From Amoebidium appalachense (Eukaryota > Protista > Ichthyosporea), in contig CAVNZM010000015.1 of the NCBI GenBank assembly GCA_963693365.1, positions 3,534,001 to 3,598,000 of the forward strand: a stretch of 64,000 nucleotides of DNA, written 5' to 3'. Shown one piece after another: positions 1 through 10,670 of this stretch (position 1 is the stretch's first letter; the number at the start of each line of letters is the position of its first letter). The notes beneath the pieces were generated by a model. That model saw nothing but the letters and a program-made list of their open reading frames with translations, did no database searches and was not told the DNA's origin. The translations under genes and the position numbers were made by a program.

Positions 1-480
1 GCACCGCCACAACCGTCACTCCCGCCTCTTGGTTCAATATGTGCGTTATCGCTCTCTTCTCTTTTCTCTTTCTCGTCCAGCCTTTTTTCAACACGAAAAT
101 ATATTCACGTTACCCAAATATGGCATTCCATGTAACCCAACCATGAAAAAGGCCTACCGGTGGTGTGTGTTTCTTATTTGGTCGATGCCGTGTGGCTTTT
201 TTTTTTTTTTTTTTTTTTTTCCCCTTTTCCCGGGGTATCTTCTTCCTGTTTTGGTTTTCGTTTTGCCCTTTTCGTCTTTCTTCCTCGAGGCTCCTATCCT
301 TCCCCTTTTTGTCTTTCCCCCAACTGAATAACAAAACAAAGGTGCTAACCCCCCCCCCCCCCCCCCCCCCAACACACACACACACACACACACCGCCGCC
401 GCCAAATCTGTTTTCGCCCGCCTATCTTCCCCACCTCCCCCTTTCCCCTCTCCCCCATTTTACCCCCCCCACCACCACCA

Positions 481-546
<66 letters not shown>

Positions 547-547
<1 letters not shown>

Positions 548-653
548 GTGGCGTCCAAATTATCGGGTAAGGGGGCAGCCAAGGGAGACCAAGCTCGGAC
601 CAAACTTGCGGCGTTTGCATTCAGCAAGGCAAGGGAGGAGACAGAGGATCTGA
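547..653 (+). CDS. Possible exon of a gene entering from the left: either a terminal exon ending at TGA 653 or a 20-nt exon 547-566
   Basis: C-tract and (CA)n followed by CAG at 544-546, the same acceptor style as the phase-checked introns elsewhere in the window; GTAAGG donor-like site at 567. No recognisable protein motif. Confidence 0.3.
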
Positions 654-994
654 TCGAGGATTCCGATTCGAGGCACGCCGTCTAATCGGAGGCACGCCAT
701 TGGCCCAATCGTACGTGATCTGGATAATCGGGAGTGATCTGCATAAGTTGCCGCACTGAACGACCAATAGGTACGATTCACGATATTTTTTACGATGTCG
801 TTTGGAGTGATCAATCCCTATCTAAATTTAGCAGTTGCTAGGCGGTGAAGTTAGCCTGCCTGTACGGGGTAGGGCGTCGGAGGACGCCTAAATTACCGCA
901 CATGGCGTGTAGAAGCATTATTAATAGACAGATATATGACATATCAATCAAGTGTCGTGTAGATTGTATTGCTTATGTTTCTTTCTTTCTTTTT

Positions 995-1065
<71 letters not shown>

Positions 1066-1555
1066 TGATATTGAATAATATATTACAGTATCACTTATAA
1101 GTATACACGCAGATGAGCCATGGCTGATAATTCTGGTCGCCCGCTTGTTTTAGTTTTGGAGCCGAGTGGCAAAAACCCATCTCACATGTTGTGTGCAATT
1201 TTACCTCAATATCCTTTGTTGGTTTACATGGTCCATATTTTGGATGTGTCACGGTGTGTGCGGGCAGGGGGGGGGGGGGGGGGGGGGGGTTCGAAATTAG
1301 TATCTATTAAGACTCCTTCTCGTTTTCAGTGTCTCGGAACTGGCAGTTTCCTATAACCACCAGATTCTAACTTGTCATACAGAGCCTTAATAGACCTCTC
1401 TTATTATATTGCCCGCAGTAGACAGAGACAACCTTCGATTATAATGTTATTCCCATCTAGGATGATCATGTGGAATGTCCATAATAAGCATCTGTAGACA
1501 AATCTGTTCTTTCTGACTCCCCCCCCCGGCGGGCTGGCGGACGGGCGGGCCGTGT

Positions 1556-1604
<49 letters not shown>

Positions 1605-3482
1605 GAATATATGTTGTGTTCATGGGAAGGGTATCGATGACGGTGAAATGTTCACCGAACCGTTGATTTGTTGTAGATGATCATGAAGTGAAAAAGGTAT
1701 GCGTGTGTGTGTAACGCGTGTGTCACCATACATATGCAAGCTACATTATGTTATGTAAATGTCACTGGGGTTTACGCTGTTTACTCGAGGCAAAGAGCTG
1801 TCTACATCATTAAACATTTTGGGCTAATATTAGGCATACGTAGTGTAATTATAAAGGCGTTTCGCGTGTGGGAGACTTTCACGGTGTGTGATTGGCCATG
1901 CCGGCCCGGTGATATATACACCCAAGCTCAGTGACTTCGCTCGTGTGCCGCTGGTGCCCACAATTAATTAGGAGAAGAGGGGCAAACCCCGTGCACGCCA
2001 CTGCTTTATTATTATATTTTGTAGCTACGGTGGATGCATACCAAGCAAATTGCGCAAACGTGCACGGCTGCAGAAGTTTAGGTAAACAAATACTGTAAAG
2101 CCACCGCGGCAAAGTCGGAATATAACTCTCAGAAATATATATGTAGTAAACTTTGCCAAGTTTGAAGTTGAAAAATGAAAATGGAGCCACTGGGTCAAGT
2201 TTTGCGGCCGTTTGCGCAAGTGCCGCTATTGGCAACTGAACATCAAGATCACGACTCAAAGATGCCGAAATTTCTCGATCTGGTTGTCTGGGTACGTGCA
2301 ACGTTTCAGTTAGCCAATTAATTAGGTTGCTGTACCGTTAACCGGTTGGGTGTGATAAATGAACATAACAATAATAGATATTCGTGTTAGTCATAAACCA
2401 AAAAAAGAAAAAGAAAGCAGGAAAAAGGGGAAAACAATGCTCAAAAACTGTCTCGTTACCTAGCCCTGTTGTCAAGCTGGAACAAACTGCAAACAGCAAC
2501 ATTCCACGCCTGGCGCCGGCCAGTAGATTACAACTTGTGGGCAGGGTTTGAACTGTGCGTTATCGACTGCGGCCCTCCACGGTGCACGCACGGAGCTTGC
2601 AATTGGGGGTCCCCCTGTATGTACGCTTAGGGGATTCTCCAGAAGAGACTCCCATTCTAAAAAAAAAAGGAAATGTATATATTAAACTTAGCCTCTTGCA
2701 GGTGGTGGCGTGTGTGATGGCAAGCTGTGTACTCCTGATGAAAATCATATCCATTGCCATATGCATGTATGCTCGTCGAGCTCGAGCTCGAGCTCATATC
2801 ATATATATATATAGAGGAGGAAATCTATCAATGGCAAGTCACCCGCTCTCCTTTTGTGCAAAACCAACAAAACAGGTCAACCAATGCTAATAAATCAAAT
2901 CTATTTTCAGGGGCGCTGCAAGCGCAGTGGCCATGGGCCGCCAACTTTTGGCTGTCGAGCTCGGACGGACGTCAACTGGACTGTCTTGCAACGTGCAAGA
3001 TCTATTCTCCTTTATATTTGCGGCCAGAACTGCCTGCCACCATCTCATAGATATCTCATCGTCTATCGGAATCTCATATTTATCGAACCTTATTTATATT
3101 ATAATTGGCATTTTGGTGTCGGCCCTTCACTCATCTATTAACATCTCTTGGTCAGATCGGATCGGAATCTCGTATTGGCATCACATCACGGCACCAAATA
3201 TTACAAAGCCTGGTTAGGAATGTGGCTTGAGAGTCACTTTGACTGTACAAGGTCCACCCAATTAGGAGTCCAGTATGAAAAGCAGTTGATAGTAATTGTA
3301 TACAGGTGTTACTGGTTGTTCTAATGATTTTATACTTATTATTATTGAAGGATTTTTTTATTTTCTTTCTTTTAAAACATTCAACTTAGACGTTCAACAT
3401 GTAGGGATCTAGACCGGATAAGATAAATTATCCGCTTGCTGCATTCCAAATTGCGTGATTAGTCATTTGATAGCTCTAATAC

Positions 3483-3548
3483 AGCCAATCAAAGCCACTC
3501 ACCCAATTTTCGTAAACATATATAAACGCGCTAACGGCAGCTCAGTTT
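3483..3548 (+). promoter_or_regulatory. Core promoter: CCAAT, TATA and Inr-like elements
   Basis: AGCCAATC at ~3483, ATATATAAAC at ~3518-3527 and TCAGTT at ~3542, about 100 nt upstream of the ATG at 3646. Confidence 0.55.
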
Positions 3549-3645
3549 GCCATCGATCCAAATCGATTTGCTCACTTGCAAACAACTGCAACCTACCGAC
3601 ACATCTTTCACTTTCACCCTACTCTCTTGTAAACAGAAAAAAAAA

Positions 3646-5542
3646 ATGCCTCCCGCGGCGCCAAAACCCAACGCCGAGTCAGGCTCGGTCAGCAGCGGCT
3701 CTATGGAGGTTGTCGTTATTCCGGGGGCCAACGGAATTCACGTGGAAGACGTGACATTCAGCGACACCAACAAGGAAAACAAGAAGTCTTCCAATCGCGA
3801 TGAGATAAACGCAAATGAATTCGACGAAGAGAACACGCGTGCCGAGCTCTTCCCCTCTGAGACCACCCAGCACCATGTGAGCAAGAATTCCAAGAAAACC
3901 GCAGTGAAAACCTGCATGTTTAGGGTTAAACAGACCCCCCAATTCCTGTGGAATTTCAAGTGGGAAATTGCCGTTTTGGTGATGTTCGTCGTTCTCATGT
4001 GCTTCAACCACCGCGCGGGCTTTCTCTTCCTTATCATGGAGGTTATCTTTGACGTCTCCCTCGTTCTCGCTCTGTTTGTTCGCTTCTACCTCAAGAATTT
4101 CACGTGGGGTTTCGCCTGCTTCATGCTCAATCGGATTGTCGCCATCGCCATGCCCACGGCCGTCTTGGTCTACACTCTCGTTTGGGACGTAACAGGCGAC
4201 AAACCATGGGTGACTTACCTTATCTGCGGGCTAGATTACTTTGTCACCTTTGTGAGTTTCTTCGTTTTCCTTAAGTATTTCTGCACCGTGCGCATCCGCG
4301 CGGCAACCGTCGACGATTTGGACGGTCTGCGCGAGATTGAAAAAGTCGCTTTCCCGATTGACGAACAACAGGCCTCCGCCGCTACAATTATCAAGAGAAT
4401 AACTACGGCTCCGGGAACCGTAATTGTGGCTGAACACTACACGGGTGAGCTGGTCGGGTCCCTCTACCTCCGTCCCGTGAAAATGAGCGAGGTCGAAGAG
4501 AACAAGCCGAGTTGGAAAACACTGGAAAACAGGTCCGATTTTACGTATATTCCGGGCCACCACGACGCGCTTTACGGGATTGGTCTGCAGGGCAAGAAGT
4601 TTAAGGGTATTGGCGACTTTATGGAGATGGGTGCTACTGCTTGCATGATCCGTCTGGGCCTCAGAGGTATTATGGGTGGCCTGCGCATTCCAGAGTACCA
4701 CAAGAGCGATCTCCCTCTTCAGGTAAACATGTCCCCCCCCCCCCCCCCCCCCCCCCCCTCCCCCCCCCCCCCCCCCCCGGAACCCACCACCTGTCACCCA
4801 CACACCCCCCTCCCCTCCGGGATTCCACCCCCTCCCTCTGTCCTTCCCCCCTCCCCCCTCCCCCCCCCCCCCCCCCAAAAAAAAAAAAAAAAAAAAAAAA
4901 ATCTCGGCAAGTGTATCCGTTCAGTAGCTTTGACCCTTATCACAACGGTGACCCTTCTCTTTCACTTTTTCACACGTATAAGTATATCTGCACGTCCATT
5001 CTACTTGCCTTCAGCCCCCCCTCCCCCCTTCCCCCCCCCCCCCCCCCCCCCCCCGTTTCCTCTTCCCCATGTTCTCCCGCCCCCCATTTCCCTCACACCT
5101 CCCTTCCCTCCCTCCCCCCCCCCCACCACCACCACGACCACCACCACCACGACCACGACCACCACGACCACCACCACCCTCACCACCCACCCGTTCACAC
5201 ACACACACAAGCACGCACGCACGCACACACACACACACACACACACATGCACTATGAAACCGACAACAACACTAACCCTAAATTTACATTTTCAAACAGG
5301 AATTCGTGCGCTCCGGCAAGGACCGTCTCCTCAACAAGTTCATCCATTCCACGCCCAAAGTCCTTAACCCTACCGTGCTCTGCGGCCTCCCCGACTATTG
5401 GCACCCTGACCCGGACAGCCGTGATTGCGGAGCCCTGTGTGTTGTTTATAACCCTGTTTACTCCTGGGGTTGGATTGCTCGCAGGCCCGTCGCTTACATT
5501 TTCCACCGATTCGCCCCCCTGATTCTGTCGTTGTCATTGTAG
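3646..5542 (+). CDS. Membrane-anchored GNAT N-acetyltransferase, YkwB-like (exons 3646-4722 and 5300-5542)
   Basis: AAAATG start; phase-0 intron CAG|GTAAAC...ACTAAC...CAG. About four hydrophobic helices, then IRAATVDDLDGLREIEKVAFP and GGLRIPEYHK...LPDYWHPDPDSRDCGALCVVYNP, matching from memory the bacterial YkwB-type GNAT pattern GGRIPGY...NYLPDD.ES.GYA.L+EW.NP. Confidence 0.85.
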
Positions 5543-5610
5543 TAAAGGCTTTTAATCATTTTTAAATTTATTTGGAGTAGTTTGAAACGTGGAGCGTTGT
5601 TTTAACTTAT

Positions 5611-5755
5611 AGGCATACGATGCACAAAAGAGGCTCCTTTTTAGTTGGCTAATAAGAACTCAACGTGTTGCTTTTTCCAAAGGCACACGATGCACAAAAG
5701 AGGCTCCTTTTTAGTTGGCTAATAAGAACTCAACGTGTTGCTTTTTCCAAAGGCA
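5611..5755. repeat. 70-bp tandem duplication downstream of the stop codon (probable 3' UTR)
   Basis: 5611-5680 and 5681-5750 are identical except one C/T; AGGCA begins a third unit. Confidence 0.95.
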
Positions 5756-6213
5756 AAGTATCTTAAGTAGATTGACAATGCTATTTTAAAAAAATGTTGC
5801 ACACGACACCCAACGGAGTCTAATTTTTAGCTTTTGATGTTTTCTTTGAGCTGCAACACTATATGCCTGCAACGCGTATTCATGTGATAATACCAGAATG
5901 GTGTGATTGGCTAACTCAACCCCTCGAGGACTGGCGCCCGAGGTGCGAGCTTAGAGAACATCGGCCAAAAATAAACAAAAATTAAAAATTACGCATATGT
6001 TCAAGATTTATATTGGGTACCCTACCCCTCCCCCCTCCCCCCCCCCCCCCCACCCCGGACATTATCACACACACACACACGTATTCCTCCCCCCCCCCCC
6101 CCCCCCCCCCATCCCCCCCTCCACCCCCTCCCCTGCCTCCCCTCCCACACAACACACACGATACACAGACAGACACACATGCACGCATGCACACACGCAC
6201 ACACGCAGACGCG

Positions 6214-6306
<93 letters not shown>

Positions 6307-7301
6307 CTCCTCTCCAACCATCTCACACGAATGCATCCCCCCCCCCCCCCCCCCCCAAAAAAAAAGAAAAAAAAAAGAAAAAAGAAAAAGAAAAGAAAAG
6401 AGGCCCCATTTCTTCTCTCAGACCAACATACCCACTGTCTTCTGGTTGGGTACCCGACAAGAGAACTCGCTTTATAACCCTTTGACTCGTCAGTCTCTTT
6501 GCTATTTCCTTGCAAAACATTAGTCTTATGGATCTCTCCATACATCCATGCCCACCTTCCCCCCCGTCCCCTCCCTCCCCCCCCCCCCCCCCTTCCCCCC
6601 CACCCACCCCCGCCACCCACCCTCCTCCCCCTGCTCCCCTTCTTACTACTAACCCTCCCCATTACAAGGTCCTAGATGCTAACATTTATGTTGCTTGCAA
6701 TGTATATTCTCTTTGCTGGTCGACAAAACATTATAACTGAGGCGCTCCTCCTCCCGGTCCTGTGCCCCCCCTCCCCCCACCCCCCTCAGCCTTCCCCCCT
6801 CCCCCGCCCCCCGCCCCCTCCCCCCCCCCTCCCCCCCCCCCCCCCCCGCACCTCCCCCAGCCCCCAGCCCCCAGCCCCTCCTCCCTTCCCAACCAACTTG
6901 GATGCACTGGCTCGGGCAAAAATATGTGCCGTAAGAAACTATAGGGAAGCCAGTCTTCTTTCATGCACTGACATTCACACACCGTTTTTCTCCTTGAGTT
7001 AAGTTTGCTACCTACTAAGCCACTCAGATCAGAGGTGTATTCTCAGCACAAATTATAAGCTACCTCTCAGTCTGTGTACACTGTTACCCTCCCCCCCCCC
7101 CCCCCCCCCCCCCCCCTCCTCCCCCCCCCCCCCCCCCCCCCCCCGCCTCCCGTGACCTCCTCTCCTTTTCTTCATTCACCTGCGTGCCTCAGGCGGCCCA
7201 CACACAACACAAACGGTTTGCAATAATGCGCCCGCTATGCACCCTTTTATATAAATGCATGCATAAATGCACACATTTTCTGATTTACTAGACCCATATT
7301 A

Positions 7302-7597
7302 TGATGCACCCATGCACCCATATATGCACCCATTTATATAATTGCACCCATATATGCACCCATTTATATATTTGCACCCATATATGCACACATTTATATA
7401 ATTGCACCCATATATGCACCTATTTCAAAATTACACCATATCATGATGCACCCATTTATATAATTGCACCATATATGCACCCATTTATATAATTGCACCC
7501 ATATATGCACCTATTTATGTAAAAGCACCCATGAATGCACTCATTTACGTAAACGCACCCAGTCAAATAAATGCACCCGTGAATGCACCCATTTACA
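7302..7597. repeat. Minisatellite, ~30-bp unit TGCACCCATATATGCACCCATTTATATAAT
   Basis: Directly visible tandem units that decay towards the 3' end. Confidence 0.9.
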
Positions 7598-9742
7598 CCG
7601 AATTCTTAACAATCAGCTGTCCTCAAACCAAGCCGTCATCTTCCAACCACCACCACTAGCTCTCTGCCTAACCACAAAACGTTATCATATGTGATGCAAA
7701 ACTCATCGCCTTTTTCTTCTCGGAGTCTTCGATTCCTGATATACTATATATATTTGGTATCTTTTATGGATGGGGGGGAAGGGGGGAGAAAAGAGGGGAG
7801 AAGAGAGGAGGGCGGGGGGGGGGGGGGGGGGGGGGGGGGAACCCCGGATATGCGATGTAATATTCATGACTACCTCGAATTCTATTGACATCATTTGCTC
7901 ACAGTCAGACAGTATGCTGATAGTGGTTGTGATGGTTAAAATGGAATGATCGGAATGGGGTGGAAAGGGGGGAGGGGAAGGGGAGTGGGCAGGGGGCGGG
8001 GGGGGGGGGGGGGGGGGAGGGAGGGGGGGAGGGGGGGGGGGGGGGAGGAGTCGACTCGATGGAATATTGAAAGTGAAGGGGAAGACGGTCCGACTATCAA
8101 AGTCAGATGCCGAAGTTAAAATTAACGTATGGAATATATGTGTTGCCAATCCTGTTTATTTTTGATATTATGAGACATTATCTGCATGTGATTCATAATA
8201 TGGGGTGTGTGTGTTGCACGTGGACGTGTCGGTACAAACTATCCATAATATCTCTATCTCGGGCAGTCAGAATACATATGTGTTGCAGATACTATTTCAC
8301 TGGAAAGTTCCAATCTGTGATAGTGCCGCATCGTACTAAAACGGTTTTTATGCTACCCATTATCAATCCAATGTCTATTTATGTTGCACAATCTCATACA
8401 GTGTTATATCACTGCTCATATTTAGTTTTTAGTCAGGGATTCATGACATTTGGTCCCACGTGCACATGATATTTATCCTTTTTCCGAGTGATGGGTATAT
8501 ATGATGTGGCACAAAATATCTGGATTTTCAAGAATGTAGCGTATAAGTTAAATATCCCGTATTTAAGTCAGAAAATCAAGTTACAAGCACTGCTTGATGA
8601 TTTCGGAGCTGACTCTCTTCTTTGTCTATTTTATTTTATCACTTTCTCCAGTCCAGCCCGGAGGTCCCCTGATACCCCCCCCCCCCCCCCCTCCCCCCCC
8701 CCCCCCCCCCCCCCCCCCCACCCACCCACCAGCCCGCCCGCTCGCCGAAACAGGGGGCCTGAGGTCTGCGCGCTTTGGACCGCCCGCTTACCCACCCACC
8801 CACCCCTTTTAACCCCACCAGCCGCCGCCGTTCCCCTCCACACACCCATACAGATTATCACTAAAAGCAACGTAACGCATGTAATATTTCCCCTGCTCCC
8901 CCCGCCTCCCCCCTCCCCCCCCCCCTCCCCCCAAACCACCACCTCCACCTCCACCACCACCACACACACACCCTTTTTAGGCACTCTCCCTCCCATCGAG
9001 ACCTTGTTGTCTCAACCCCAGATTAACTGTAAAATCTACGATGCTGAGAGGAATCCGTAGTGATAAAATCATTTCGAAGAATTAGCAACCCAGCACTATC
9101 ATCGGATAGCTGAGACTCTCTTTTTTGCCGAAAACTTTCCCTGCCTCCATAGTTTCTTTCTATTATCTTCCCCCCTCCAACACACACACACACAAACACT
9201 CCCCCCCCCCCCCCCCCTCCCCCCGGCCCCCTCCCCCCCCCCCCTCCCCCCCTCCCCCAAAGACATCTTATCCATCCTTCCGGATCATCCTGTCACCTAC
9301 CGGGCCTCTCAACCCCCCCTCCCCCTACTCCCCCCCACCCCACCTTACCCCCATGGTGGCCAACCCAGCCATATACCCTCGGAGTTGCTAGCCCACACTA
9401 CTATTCCCTCCTGCCCCTCCCCCCCTCCCTCCTCCCACCCTCCCCCTCCCACCGAGTCGCACACACACACACACACGCCCCTACCTTTAATCCACGCATC
9501 CACTTGGCAATGTATGATGCTCTCTAGAGACTCCCCCCCCCCCCCCCCCCCCCCCCCCCCCGCCCTCCCGTTCCCCCTTCCCACACACCCACACAACCAT
9601 CCACTGCAACAAGCACATATCACCCCCTACCCAACCTTCCCCCCTCGTTTCCCCTCTTTCTTTGCACACACCCCCCCACTTGCATGTCCACATGGTCGTG
9701 TGTATTGCACATTTTTCTTTGTTTGTCCTGTGATTTGTTTCG

Positions 9743-9797
9743 TGATATATCCAGGTTGATACTCAGGGCGAAAAACATGATATTTTCATAAGGCCCT
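9743..9797. mobile_element. Terminal fragment of a dispersed element, hAT-like end (copy A)
   Basis: TGATATATCC.GGTTGATACTCAGGGCGAAA...TTTCATAAGGCCCT is shared with 17160-17211; the reverse complement begins YAGGGCCTTATG, typical of hAT termini. Confidence 0.45.
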
Positions 9798-9843
9798 AGC
9801 GCGCGCACGTGCGCGCGCGTGTGTGTGTGCGTTAGCGTGGAAT

Positions 9844-9884
<41 letters not shown>

Positions 9885-9966
9885 TGCCCGTGCACCTTTG
9901 CCGTCATAGTCATAACAGTTAGTTCATGAGCAATAATGCCGCTCTTCCGTCCTGTGTATGTGTCTG

Positions 9967-9999
<33 letters not shown>

Positions 10000-10295
10000 T
10001 GGTGGTGGTGGTGGTGGTGGGAGAAGGGGGGGGGGGGGGGGGGGGGTGAGGGGTATGGGGGGGGGAGAGGGGGAGAGATTGGTTTGCTGAATGCAAGAGT
10101 TTTAAATCCCCCCGCCCCCCCCCCCCCCCCCCCCCCCCCCCAAAAAAAAAGAGGGGGGGGGGGGGGGGGGGGACAGTAGCAACAGACGTCTATGAGAAAG
10201 GGTGGTATGGTTAGAAGGGGGGGGGGTGGGGAAAAATACATACAAGTTGGGTGGGTTGGTGGTGGCTAGCGCTGCTTTGTGGGGAGGAGAGGAGG

Positions 10296-10326
<31 letters not shown>

Positions 10327-10670
10327 GGGGGGGATGATCGATGCAAACATTGTCCAGATAAAATCTGTCTTTTATTCAGTTCACAAAACTCGAAGACTTT
10401 AAAAAAAACTACAAAACCTCGTTTTCACTTTCTCATCTAGCCCCACACAGTGGGACCCTATATACAAGTCACACTTTGATTAAAACAATCGTTATCATTC
10501 GTGCACTCACCCACGATACTCCCCACATAAACAATTTTTTTCTTATTGCCTGAATCTGCAATTTTCCTGCAATTCTTGCTCAATCACTCGTCCTGCTAGT
10601 ACTATTTACTATTTAGCACACACGCACTTATGGTTTTATGTTTAGGTTTTTTGTTGTTTTTTCCCAACGC

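Noticed and set aside
3547-5367. 606-aa ORF with a proline/threonine-rich tail
   Set aside because: Read-through of the intron 4723-5299; splicing restores the GNAT C-terminal motif.
7302-7597. Array of metal-response elements (TGCACCC fits TGCRCNC)
   Set aside because: It lies downstream of both flanking genes and is explained by tandem amplification; no evidence for a cognate factor.
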